Notes under the pieces: model-generated | The model's input: the letters and a program-made list of their open reading frames with translations, nothing else | The model's database searches: none | What the model was told of the DNA's origin: nothing | From: Octopus sinensis | Taxonomy: Eukaryota | Direction of reading: 5' to 3' | DNA length: 64,000 nt | Assembly: GCF_006345805.1 (NCBI RefSeq) | Contig: NC_042999.1 | Span: forward strand, 121,024,001-121,088,000 | Shown here: piece by piece, positions 44,460 to 58,590 of the stretch | Layout: each line of letters starts with the position of its first letter | How positions within the stretch are numbered: the stretch's first letter is position 1 | Made by a program: the position numbers and the translations under genes

Positions 44460-44660
44460 ATTGGTTCCAAATTTTGGCACAAGGTCAGTAGGTTCAGGAG
44501 AGGGTGACGTCGATTACATTATTGAACTGGTACTTATTTTATCGGTCCACGAAGGATAAGAGGCAAAGTCGACCTTGATAGAATTAGAACTAAGAATGTA
44601 AAAGATGTCGCGAAGCGTTTTGCCCAGTGTGCTAACGATTTTACCAGCTCACTGCCTTAT
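44460..44660 (-). mobile_element. Short SINE, diverged
   Basis: The minus strand starts TAAGGCAGTGAGCTGG and contains GGTCGACTTTGCC and GATAAAATAAGTACCAG. Confidence 0.78.
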
Positions 44661-46709
44661 CTGTATTACTAATTATTAAGATGTAATAGCTGAATGTTAG
44701 ATAATAGATTGAAATTCATATTTCTTTTAGGCTGTCCTCCAAGCCAAGCTATATAATTATATAAATTCTATTGCTTTTTCTTTCAATTGTATTTATTTAA
44801 CATGAATTTATTTTTTTTATAAATCTGTAAATTTGAATAAATTCATTTTAGCAGTGTATGCACTTACAAATTATTATACAATCACATATAAAACCATTAA
44901 AAAGATGAATATAAAATTATTTTTCCATGAAATTATTTTTCATCAATCTAACGTTTATTTCTTTAGAATTCTAAAATTTAGACATGAAATATTTAGCAAC
45001 AAGAATTTTTTAAAATACCAAATGCAGTGAAACTAACGCACAAGAATATTCTTATTGCAGTTGCCCTAAGCATCTGTCTTTGAAAGATATTTTTCATATA
45101 TTTAGGTATTCTTTCTCCTTCCGATTTCACTTGATGTGTTTCGTGTTCTTACACAAATTACCAATAATGTTTTCCTTCTATCTACGATAGCGTATAAAGG
45201 TATATCGGTACATTATATTACAGAACAATGATTTATGAGAACAGCTTCGGGTAAAGAGTACTAATTAAAATTAAAAGTTCTACAATTTTAGAAAACGTGT
45301 GTAAAATGTAAGAGAAAGTATTTGCAAAACTTTAGTTTCGTTTGGCCTTAAACTATAAAACATTTATCCTGGTTGAACAGTAATTTCTATTGGTGAAGTT
45401 CAATACGAATGGAATCTAGAATACTACAGTACCGCTTCGTCAAATCTCACAGAATTGTCTTGCATAAGAATTAAATTCATGGAACATTAATTTCTAACAA
45501 ACTCAGTAAGGTGGAGCAGAGTGTATATTTTGAGTTCATACAAATATTTAAATAACTGTCAGGTCGATAAATGTAACGGAGAAAAATAATCCCCGTGTGG
45601 TTCAGAACATGTGAACTTACTTTAGGCAAAAATTTCATGGGATATGATTTTAGTAAAATTAATTGGAAACGAAATGAAACAAAAATAGATAGAAATTCTC
45701 CCAATATAATACTACTCTAAATAATTCACACACGCACGCGCGCACCCGCCCACCTCATACATACACACACACATTCATATATACATACAAATGATTATAT
45801 ATATAAATATAAATGAGTGTGTGTGTGTGTGTGTGTGTGCATATATGTATGTATGTGTCTGTATGTATATATATACATATATATACGTATAGATATGAAA
45901 CACTAGTTTGATAAATTTAGCTGAATTTAGCTGAATGTCTACTTATATTAACGAAACTATGATTTACAGATGGGAAAGCGCATCCAAAATATTTTTATGT
46001 AGGAACAGAAGGGAAATAAGCGGAATGAAATTAACTAAAATGTTCAAACTCAACGACAAATATTGAAATTAAATGAATCTCTTTAATATAATGAGTTTAA
46101 AATACAGATAAATAATTATAGATTACTTTTAAAACAGAATTTAATTTGCTTGAGTGTATATATAATTGTGTATTTTAATCACACATTAATATATTAGTAA
46201 ATTATCAGTTACACATAAATCAAGTTGTCAGACATTGTAATTGAAAATAAGAACTGTGAAATACACCTTTTAATATAATTAAGTTAACTTATATAATTTA
46301 GAACACAATAATTTCATTAAACCTAAATACTTCAAATTAGGATTCAGACTGTTCTCGTCTTCATAATTTGAATTATGTAGGATAATATTAAATCTTAGTT
46401 TCCCTTTAAAAAAATGCTGTACAATATTTAATGTTAAATTAGAGAATAGGGTAGAGTCGTACGCATACACAGGCATATATAAACTCGCCTTGCTGCCTTA
46501 CTTTCCACCCGGATATCAGCAATAAAGACTTTCGAACTTTCCTTCTTCATTCCACCATGTCCCACCAGGAAATACTTACCGAAATTAAAAATTGCTAATA
46601 GTCGCTTCAAATCAAGAAAGCTAACGATGTTCACATTGCCTCTGTTACTACACTGAAACAATATTTTATAGTTATCTTCATAACGGTCAAACACTTTAAT
46701 CATTTCCAC

Positions 46710-46713
46710 TCTT

Positions 46714-46746
<33 letters not shown>

Positions 46747-46771
46747 TTCTATCTCTTTCTCTCTCTCTCTC

Positions 46772-46852
<81 letters not shown>
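46710..46852. repeat. (CT)n microsatellite
   Basis: Direct reading. Confidence 0.97.
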
Positions 46853-46854
<2 letters not shown>

Positions 46855-47088
46855 CTCTTTGACGATCTTTGGGAGGAAGCTCCTTGTAAAGTATTAAAAT
46901 AATGGCATCATTTGACGGAGCACTCTCTGGGATCCACACTAGCTTAATTTTGGAGTTCTGAAACATATCGTTTCTTTCTCCACGTACTCACATACTTTTT
47001 CCTACATATCCGCCATCCCCAGCAAATTACTTTCAAATTCATATGAAATTATTCCGTTAATCCTCCCTAAACATCTGTACTTATGCTA

Positions 47089-47877
47089 TTAGGTTGTCAA
47101 GAAAGTTCTTACGGAATTTTAAATTTTGGTTTTAAATTATGTATTTTCAAATTAATTTTCGTTAAATTACTTTGAATTTATATATCATTTTAAAGCCCGT
47201 ATTTTACTCTATCTAAACGTGTTGCTCCTTTTCTTTTTTAATAATTAGACCATTTTTTCCGGAACGTTGAATACAACATAGACAAAAAGCAAATTCGCAC
47301 AATTTTCTTATTCCTGTCCAAGCTAGGTCGAAAAGCTGTTGAAACAGCTTTCGATATCAACCACTAATGAACGTACAGCACAATGGTGGTTCAAGAAATT
47401 TCGTAGCGGTGACGAGAATCTTGAAGAGGATAAGCGTAGTGGTCGGCCATCGGATGTTGACAACGATCAATTAAAAGCTTTAGATGAAGCTAATCCACGC
47501 ACAACTGTTCGAGAGCTTACTTCTGAATTAGACGTAACGTAAATGACAATGTTCAACCACTTGAAAGAGATTGGAAAAACAAAAATACTTGAGAATTGAA
47601 CGACAACCAAAAGAAAACGCCGTTTTGAAGTGTCGTCTTCCCTTTTACGAAACAAGAACGACCCGTTTCTTGACCGGATTGTGACTTGCGATGAAAAGTA
47701 GATTCTTTACGACAATCAGCGACGCTCAGCTCAATGGTTGGACGCCGACGAAGCTTCACGGCACTTCCCGAAACCAAAGTTGCAGCAAAAGAAGGTCATG
47801 GTGATTGTTTGGTGGTCTGCGGCCGGTCTCATCTATCGCAGCTTTTTGGATCCAGGCGATACCATTACGGTGGAGTG
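47089..47877 (+). mobile_element. mariner DNA transposon (Hsmar1/SETMAR-like), 3'-truncated
   Basis: Left TIR TA|TTAGGTTGTCAAGAAAG. Motifs WFKKFRSGDENLEE..RSGRP, FLDRIVTCDEK and QKKVMVIVWWSAAG are present. It stops before the second catalytic Asp and has no right TIR. Confidence 0.88.
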
Positions 47878-49237
47878 TCTGCTCCCTGGATTTTCTACAG
47901 TTCCCATTTTGTATTTCTGTAGCAGTTTTCTTTCAACTGTTAGTGTTGTGCATTCATTATAACCCCAGCCGGTATAAAGGACTTGCGAGGGACATGAGAA
48001 CAGACATTTCCTCCAGGCCAAACCAATAACATAAAATATGAAAACTTGCCGGTAGATGCCGTTATTCTCACTCTTCTGTAATGGAAGTTGCATAAGCACA
48101 TAAATTTAAATACACATATGAAATATGATATACAGTTTTTCGAAATTCACATTTTGATATGACCATTTCTTCGCAGAATTAATTCCTAATGGTTATATAT
48201 ATTCGAGTATACATGGAGAGACTATTTTCAAGCTGACAGAAGATGTAATATTATCTCCTAAACCTAAAGTATGACATCCCTTATTTTGTTTCGGAATTCT
48301 AGATCTCTGTCAGCGTATTTCTGCTTACAAAAAATTTTCGCCAGTTGTGTTTTTCTTGCAATGACGTTTGTGGGAAATCAGTAACGATAGAAACGCGTTG
48401 TCTGTTCTCTAATCCAATTAGTGTGATGCGATTCCTTGAAACAGAACAAATTACGCTTAAGGAATTCACTATACGAGTTTGGGAATTTAGTAATTAACAA
48501 CTTTCAGCTTCCAGGAAAGTAGAGTATTTCCTCTTTCACGTCTAAGTGATACATTTATTTAATATAAACTAAAAGATTGAAAGCACGTGATTGACGATGC
48601 TACGCAAATAAATTACTTTTAATAGAAGGAACAGATTATCCTTGAAGTAATCATTTCAAGGAAAATAAATTTTACACATGAGATGAAACTTGTCTTTGTT
48701 TACATGTTAACTACTTAAGATATTTAATGCACAATCTGTAAGATTTTATTCACATTTATACAGGAATGTCACTAATATTAATTATACAAGATGAAACAAA
48801 AATGTCATAAACGAAAGATCTAAATGAAATATAAAACGAAAGAACTACATTATACTTCATTAATACTTTCACTTTTTCATTAGTATTCATAAAGAGTACA
48901 TATTTTAAAGGCAATAAATGACCTATAGTTTTTAATTAATTAAATTTGCACATATTTCATCAACTTGGTAACGTTTCAGATTAACTTTTCATTCCGTACC
49001 TTTCTGATTTATCTAGATAGTTAGAATTGGAACTAAAATCTTGTATTATATTGGTATTCAATAGTGCTTACTTTTCTCTTAGACCTAAGTAATGTATTTG
49101 GAATGCGTGATGACATTTTGTTTTTCAAAACAGAAATGAGACCGCAGCATGCGTCTTGTCTACAACATCATTCATATACAATTGTGTAGACACATAAACA
49201 TATGAAATTCTGAAATCACATTACTGGTTAGAAAATG

Positions 49238-49660
<423 letters not shown>

Positions 49661-49674
49661 CACACATATCTACT

Positions 49675-50076
49675 TTTACTCTTTTACTTATTTTAGTTAC
49701 TTGACTGTGGCGATGCTGGAGCACCGCCTTTAGTCGAGCAAATCGACCCCAGGACTTTTTCTTTGTGAGCCTAGTACTTATACTATCGGTCTCTTTTGCC
49801 GAACCACTAAGTTACGGGGACGTAAATACACCAGCATCGGTTGTCAAGCGATGTTGGGGGGACAAGTACAGACACACAAACTTATACACACACATAGATA
49901 TACATATATATACATATATACGACAGGCTTCTTTCAGTTTCCGTCTACCAAATCCACTTACAAGGATTTGGTCGGCCCGGGGCTATAGTGGAAGACACTT
50001 GCCCAAGTTGCCACGCAGTGGGACTGAACCCGAAACCATGTGGTTGGTAAGCAAACTACCTACCACACTGCCACTC
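49675..50076 (-). mobile_element. tRNA-derived SINE, same family as 497-891
   Basis: Co-linear similarity with 497-891 over the whole length. Confidence 0.9.
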
Positions 50077-52399
50077 CTACGCTTTTTGTAAAATAGAATA
50101 AAACTCCGTAAGTTTAATTAAAAATAGAAGTACCTACTCTTATAGAAGCATTCTCTGCATGAGGCACATACATGCAAACTTGTAGAGTTGGGACTGGATT
50201 AGGAAGGGAAACTGAAACTATTGAAATTTAGGGGAGAAGTTGATGTGTTGTTTTTTGTGTTTCTAGGCCTATAATACTTCATGGTATTGAGAAATGCCGA
50301 ACACGGAAATAGTAGCAAATGGAGCTGTCAGGAATGTTGAAATTGTTGGCTACAGACCGGCCGTTCTGCGTTGGAAAATACAGTGAGAGTTCTTGCAGAG
50401 GCAATCGTCCAGGCGACGGTTTCTTTCTCTAGCCTATATTGTTTCCTATAATTCAGTTTAATTCAGTGTTCGCAGTGTCCACCCGAAGATTTTTCTGCTG
50501 TGAAACGGGTCCTCGGCTACTAATAACTGTAGTGCTAATGATGTACGGATAACGTTGGCATATGATTGAGCCCGCTTGAAAGAGTCTGGATGGATTATGA
50601 CAGGGAATTTTGAAACTTCTAATGATATAAAATATGCGTATGTATGTGTACACGTATATGAGTTTGTGTACCTTCATGTTTGTGTTTGTCTATAAAAATT
50701 CTTCCAAGAATTAAGTATTAAAAATATCTTATTTTGCTTATAGATTGTATCTGCAAAAAGCGTGTTAGCCGGTACTTCTTTGCTCGAAAATTCTAGCCTT
50801 TTCCAAGTTGTTGCTTAGACATTTACAAATTTAACTAAATGCAGCAATATCTATTGAGATTAATGTGAATTGATAATATGGTCAGGGGAGCTGAAGGTTT
50901 CGAAGTCCATGAATATTCTCATTGTCGTTGAATTTAGAAGATATTCACATCATCATAGTGGGATATCGTCTTCTTGTAAGAAGAAAGCTCTAATTACCAC
51001 TGTTAATTTTTCCTCAAGATTTAGGACAGACTCCTAATACATTTGTTAATTTTTTCCAGGCGTTGTTCTTGGTGTACTGTGAATTTATCATCCGTCTTTC
51101 ATTTTGTAATAGCAATTAAGTGCCCTATTCCGTAGCATAAATTCTTTACATTTCCATCTAGTGTTTTATCCATCTATGTCGCATTTTGTGTTCTTTCAGA
51201 ATAACAATAGCCAAATATATAGATAAGCATCGATATTTTGATATATATCTTTACATTTTTATCCAATCTCCAACGATATCATCAATATCTTTTATCAATA
51301 AGTTTTACCACGCCACTTTCTGTAATGGCTGTGCTCATCATTTTAGCACACAAGTATGTATGCCTCATTATTTTTTGTGTATGCATGTGTGTATTACATG
51401 TGTGTGGTGTGTGCGTGTGTGCATGTGTTCGGCCTAAAAACCTCACATAGATAATCCCTACGATGTCGTATTAAGTTTTACATTCATACGATTGAGTGTA
51501 TTCGGAGATTGCGAATCAATTTGAATCAATTTACTTATTTAGAGAACTCCAGAACTTGTAGCTTTTCATGAAGCTCTGTTGTTATGTCGTCAACTACATC
51601 TATGATGCTAGGTACACATATAACCTTGAAAGAAAAGCCATAGATTTGTCTTTTGCTCTCCATTGATTTTCTGATTTTTCCCTTATTAACATGAGTTTCA
51701 CATCCGTCGGATAATTGATCCCTACAATAGCGCAAGGCTTTTTGTTCTCCTCCTAAAACTAACTAGCCTGTTGTATTTACACCGAGCTGTTGTTTTTATT
51801 GGAATGTTCTACCTATATTCTTTGTTTTGAAGAGATTTAGGTTCTGTTGTGTTTTTGGTGTGACTGACAGAACATCCCTTCCTATTTATAGCATAGCAGA
51901 CATTCTTAGCGACATCATGTCTTATGAGTGGACAATTTTGAACAACTACTGGTGGTGCAGAGGATTTCTTACACACTTGTATGACACGATTGACATTTTC
52001 TAAAACAACGGAACGAACTAGAAGTGTCCTTATTTATTTGTTGGACAGGTATTTAGTAGCTGTCTCCTGGATATCAAAAATGCAGCTTTCTAGATGTGAT
52101 TCCTTGTATCTATTGCAGGTCCAATATAAGCTACTGTCATTATTGTTCGATAATCTCTAACTAGCGGGATATGTTCTCATCCATAATCTGTTGCTGATAT
52201 TATGTGTACTTTTTGTAACTCAATCCAGATACTATTGGTTCACATGTAACAACTGTACACGCCGAATACCTATTCAAGATTTCAAAGTCCAATCTCATGA
52301 TATTATTACATTCAATCTTGAGTATACACAGGAATTATTTATTTCTATTTCCTCTATTCAGCAGGTATAGTCTAGATGACTCAAAGACTGTCTAATCCG

Positions 52400-52950
52400 A
52401 TGTTATGTGTAATTGAGGAAGCAAAATTTGTCTGCCATTGCTAATACCTTCCTAGTCTTTATGTCCTTGTTGCGGATTTCTTCAAGTGTTCAGTCTCGTA
52501 CCCGAATGTTGGTATTAGCACTATGAAATCATGATAGTATAGTTTTGCTAAATCCACATACGTCCAACTTCCATATCATCCGAACTCTACAGAAGGGCTC
52601 TGTTATTACTCAAGCTTTACTCGCAGCACCAATGTACGCAATATTTTCGTCCAATCCAAATTTATAACATTTCTCATTGGTTATAGAAGAAATAGACAGC
52701 CTGTTGGTGTCCTTATTCCTTGCCTTATTCAACTACCGAATATAAACAATTATCCTAGATAAACTACGTCCTTACGTCAGGCGAGGGTGTTGTGAGCAAT
52801 TCTGTTTCTTAGTGTCTCGAATATTACTCAAGTAAAACACAAAGTCACCAACAAAAATGTGTGGCTGACATTAATTTTCTTTCATCAGCAGATACTATCA
52901 TGTAGCCAATCCATTTTCTTAACAGGACTGACAAGGTGTTCATTGATAGT
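52400..52950 (-). mobile_element. Possible ancient LINE RT remnant
   Basis: Only vestigial IRQG (~52725) and SDDM (~52580) motifs, at plausible spacing, with many stops. Confidence 0.25.
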
Positions 52951-53179
52951 ATGAAAATCGTTAGAGATAAGCAGTCAGTGTGATATATTCCAGTTGATTC
53001 TGCTAGTGACCATAATAGTAGCTTCATATGTATATTAACATATGTATTTTGATGGAGTGATACAGAGAGAGAGAAAGAGGGAGATGAATGGATTGGTAAA
53101 TGTATATGGATATATGAACATAAGAATATATATGTGCATGTATATACACGTCTTTATGATATAAGCACACACACACACT

Positions 53180-53242
<63 letters not shown>

Positions 53243-53904
53243 CATACGCACATACATGCACATTTTATGTGTGTGTATGCTTTTATGATATAATCAATGT
53301 AGTCGTATAATATCTGTCAGCCTGTTGTCTTCACAGTCAATTTATAGAAATGAGTGAGAGATGTTTAAAAGTTTCCGGTATTTTTTTCTAAATATTTATA
53401 TCAAACTAAAGAATTGATTATTTAAAACATATATTCTAAGCGATGAATAGAATGCAAATAAAGTAATTTTTTAAGCTTTAAATTTCTTTGATAACTTGTA
53501 ATTGTATTACAGGATTTTGAATAGGGTTATAGGATAACTTACAAAAGAAACCCTACTTAATTTAAATGTGTAACTGTTAAAATGTCTAGGTTTACCTTGA
53601 AGCTAAAACTAAGATGAAAGATCAAATTTGCGCAATATTTTATATTTTTACGTTCTCGGTATCAGTAGTACAGAGCATAGCAAAGAATCACTGTCAGTAC
53701 TCATGTATAAAATGTATTAGAGGCATAAAAAGTTCTTTGATATATTTTACAACTTAGGCATCATTCTTTGGCTTTGTATTAGCTGTTTGATACCAAAGTA
53801 TTATAGTCTGTCTGCCTACTCTGACCAGATGCTTATAAGCCTTTATATACATACCTTTCTTTCCCCCACCCCAATCCAAATGCACCCATAATGTTATGTA
53901 TCTT

Positions 53905-53909
53905 AACGG

Positions 53910-53973
<64 letters not shown>

Positions 53974-54333
53974 TATATACATATATATATGATTGCACAT
54001 ATAAAATAAAATCCGACATATTTACACACACAGAGGCACACACAGATACGCATACGTACATACATACATACATACATACATACATACATACATACATACA
54101 TACATGCATACATACATTCGTAAATACACACATGCATGCATACATACATACATACTACATACATACATACATACATACATACATACATACATACATACAT
54201 ACATACATGCATGCATACATACGTACGTACATACATGCATACATACATACATACATACATACATACATACATACATACATACATACATACATACATACAT
54301 ACATACATACATACATACGTACGTACATACGTA

Positions 54334-54420
<87 letters not shown>

Positions 54421-54425
54421 AAAAT
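53905..54425. repeat. Compound (TA)n-(TACA)n-(GAAA)n microsatellite block
   Basis: Direct reading. It accounts for all MYVC/HTYI/KERK ORFs. Confidence 0.97.
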
Positions 54426-57400
54426 AAAGAAAGCAAAATGAGCTGGTGGGAGGAAACGAAAACGAATACAAATAGATTCACATATGCAACATATAAGTTT
54501 ATGTGCTTGAGAAGTCAGTTTATGTGTACGAACACTATGAATTGATATGAAAATCTGTATCTCACATTTTAGATTTTAGACAAAGATATATCTGAAAATG
54601 TTGAAATTCTAAAGAATATATTATCTAAATTGCTAAGAACTATAAACTATTCCAGATGTCTTTTCCTGATAATGTCTTTGTCTCGTCAGTAACTTTCATG
54701 TTAAAGTATTGTATACATAGAGACCTTGTTCAATAATTAGGTCCCCAAGCTAGCACTGGCATTAATGCCTGTCTCATAATTACAAACAATAAGCTGTAAA
54801 TAACATACTTCTCATACACGCATATATAATTATATACATAAACGCATACAAGCCTACTTAAAAAATAAATAGTAATGGATGTACTTACACTCACACACAC
54901 ACTCATGTATATATATAAATGCTTATATAACACCAAGTTTCTAGGTATGCATGTACTATGTATGCATGCTTGTATATATTTATAAGTGTGCGAGCGGGTA
55001 TATGCTACATGTATGCATTATATGCATGTATATACATATGTATATATGTATGTATGTATGTCTCTTTATAAAGTGGTAGGATATGATTCAATGGAAATGT
55101 GGTTCATATTTCAAGTAGTTTTAGCTACAGCATAGAGGTTCATAAAAAATAGTTATTTTAGTAGTATTATTGTATTTGTCTGTTAATCTAATACGTGCAA
55201 ATAGTTTTATGATGAAGCAGATGAAATGGTGCTTTGAGTGTCTCGTATAGATGGACTCTGTTATCACTTGTAAAATGTTTTTTTTTTAATTTTAACATAA
55301 AGATTCAGTTTAGTATGCTCGAAAAAATTTATACAGGTTGTCAAAGCGAAAGTTGAGATTTTCAAAATGCCGTTTGAGTTCAATATAAAGCATTCAATGG
55401 CAAGAATATTTTCGGTCATTTCTATTCATTATTAGTGGCAAAAAACGTCTTAGTCTTGCATTTAATCTTAGAACTGGAACAAAACACTTTCAATGTACAT
55501 TTGTTTTTAAATTCCTTATGAAAATGGCCGAATATTACGCTGTCATTAATGTATATTCGAACATCACTGTGAATATTTTTCCACAAAATTTTACTTCACT
55601 TCGATAGCAACTAGACCGGTGTGCTTGTTGACAAAAAACTTCATTGATTAATTTGGTCAGACAACCCATATTTGCATATGATCTTAGAAAAATACAATAT
55701 AGTGTAGTAAATTCAATATTTTTCTTGTGTTTACAAATGTGCTGTAAAGATTGTAGTTTGCATAGAACGTCCTACTAGAGTCTGTCTTTCTTTAAACATC
55801 ATGCCTTTAGTATTCCATGATTTGCGAGTTCATTTTAATAAAATCTAAGTTTGTTATTTCTTAGCCTTGAAAGTGAAAGATATTCTATGTATTCATTTTA
55901 AATATTGTGAAGAATAACGAACTTGCGTCGTTTCTATGCAAAAATGTTCTAAATATTATATGATCTGAATTAAATAGAAATCACTTTTCGCTTATAGCAC
56001 ATGTAGAGTCAGTAATATCATTTAAGAAAAGCGAGTCCTGGTGTGGTAAAATTAAGAAAAGCAGAATGGTTGTCAGTAATTACAACACATTTGTGTTAAT
56101 GAATGTTTTAAAAGTAATATAAAAACAATTAGTCTTAACACTGAAACTATTGTGTTTTATATCGATACGAGATGAAGTTACTTAAAAATTCAAATTGAAT
56201 CGTAATATCGATCAAAGAATCTCCATCTTTCCGTTAGCCATCTTTACTTTGTCGATTAGCATTTACTTTTAATTTTAAAGCTATTACTAAACGGAAACAG
56301 CTTTGAGACAGCTATTAACAACGATAACCTATAGGATTATAGTTCTGAAACGAGAATTATAATATTTTAGGACCTGTATGTCGTTTCTATAGCCTTCCAC
56401 TCAGTAGATGCTAGACAAGAGTTTGTAAGATCATTGTCAGTAAAGTAGGTATGATTTCTCAAAAATGTTATATTATTATTATAATTACTAGGATCTCTGG
56501 TTGAGCTTACGCTATCTATTAATTTATGAATCTTAACTGCTTCTGTGATTTAGCGTCAGAGCAGGCTTGATGGAGCAAGACTATGCTCAAAGGTGCCCCA
56601 TCCATGTGCAGCGCATCTATTTTAAATTATGCTGAAATACATAATCTTATGCGTCGTCATTTCCTAATTTCAGATAGTAGAGTATTATCTGAGGGAGATT
56701 TTGGTACTATTTCTGGTTGGTGGAGTGAATACATATAGACTTCCTTCTTTACTCTATTTCTAAATTGTTTTCTACATGGTCATCAGATTAGGAGCAACGT
56801 TAGTTAAAACAGATATATTGCAGAATATTAAGGAAACGTTTCATGTTACAAACCAATAGAATAGCATACAAGGGAAATCTGAATTTGAGATTTTCGCAAC
56901 TTCGGGTTATGTAAATAGGCCCTTAACTGCAGATACATGCTCTTTTAACTTTCAACTAATTACAAGACATCAAGTTATTACCTATATTTCTTTCTAAAAT
57001 TTCTAAGAAACCATTAAAAAGAAAGTATTAATTTTGTACTGACCAATGTATTGCAACAGTAGGTATTTTATACAAGTCAACATTTTTAGTTTCTATTCTC
57101 ATTTAATGCCATTTTAATAGGTAACTGTACTTAATACAAAAGTATTGCTAATGTGTTATTAGAATATAAACTCTTAATGAGTCATATTTGTGAAATGTAA
57201 AGTTATTTTTTTTCCATTTACATAGCAAATAGAGAACATTATGAACAGCATACAACCTTATTTCTTCTCTCTCATAAGTCTTTTAAGTGTAGGGGTTAAG
57301 CTCAGTATACAAATGGTTTTGTTCCGAATTCCATTTCATTCTGTAAAAAGTCAATAAACGTTTAATTTATTCAATATTTTCAACTGTTTTATATTTATCA

Positions 57401-57780
57401 TATTTATTATTATCTTCTATTATAGCTATTTCACACGTTATACATCTGCGTCAATAGGTTGAATTTGTCAAATTATTTACTATAATATTTATATTTCGAT
57501 AACTTTATCTCATACCTTTCGTTTTCTACAGTGTTATATCAGGAGAAAGTAATAGATTTTATTTTCAATAAGACTGGATTTTCTCTTGAGGTATTAACAT
57601 CAGTGCTTTCTTATCTGATAGTTTACGTTCTACCATATTTTAAAGTGTCAAATATTGTTTTATTTTTAATATTGTCTAAAGAAAATAACCATGTGTAAGA
57701 TTATTATTCATATTTTCTGTATTATTATTTTAGGCCAAAATGCTGCGAGCTTTCATGATGTTTTTGTATTATTATTATTA

Positions 57781-57816
<36 letters not shown>

Positions 57817-58049
57817 ACATATATGAAAATCATATAAGCACAATAGAAAATAAATATTCCTAGATGAACTTGTACGATGGTTTTGAAATGTTATATTATT
57901 AACAAAAAAAAACAGAATTATATTTGTATTGAAAAGAGGAACACCACAACACATTTACAAGTGGAACATGAAATGAGAAATTTATATATATATATATATA
58001 CATAACTTAGAATTGATCATCAGCCTACCAACAACCCAAAAACAACAAT

Positions 58050-58065
58050 AATGATAATAATAATA

Positions 58066-58109
<44 letters not shown>

Positions 58110-58145
58110 TAATAATAATAATAACATCAACAACAACAACAACAT
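58050..58145. repeat. (AAT)n-(AAC)n microsatellite
   Basis: Direct reading. Confidence 0.95.
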
Positions 58146-58479
58146 TTTATTACTTTATTTTTTAATAACTATATTTTGTCACACAAAATCGTAAAATATA
58201 ATATTTCGTAATATTGTTAAGTTCAGTGAAAACACCTGCAATCCTATTGATCATCAATAAAATATTTTAATGAAAAGGTCAGGTTAAATCTACCTTGCTA
58301 TTAGATTTCTTTATTTTTTTAATAACAGGACAACTTACTGATTGACGACAACGAAGATTCTAAAAATATTTGGAAAAATATTCCATGAAATCCTTTTAGC
58401 TCACTCTCACATTCAACATGTAATTTTATTTATCGATAAATACAGTCGTACGCAGCCATTTAATAGACTCAGATAGATT

Positions 58480-58590
58480 GCATTACGGTAATCGTTCCGA
58501 ATTTCAGCCAAATTCCACCGAGATCAGCATAGCTTTTCATTCTTTCGGTATCGATAAAAAAAAGATAGCTATACCTGTACTGAGATCAAT
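58480..58590 (+). mobile_element. Short SINE remnant
   Basis: AAATTCCACCGAG...CTTTTCATTCTTTCGGTATCGATAAA matches the family core. Confidence 0.55.

Noticed and set aside
47878-48100. 88-aa minus-strand ORF next to the truncated mariner
   Set aside because: It overlaps the antisense of the transposase and has no recognisable domain.
50260-50620. GC-richer island with short open frames and AG acceptors
   Set aside because: All frames close quickly and no motif was recognised. It could be an old repeat.
53754-54545. Several 100-180 aa ORFs (MYVC, HTYI, KERK repeats), and similar ORFs at 4742-5313, 14028-14390, 27115-27453 and 29228-29831
   Set aside because: They are stop-free readings of microsatellites, not genes.
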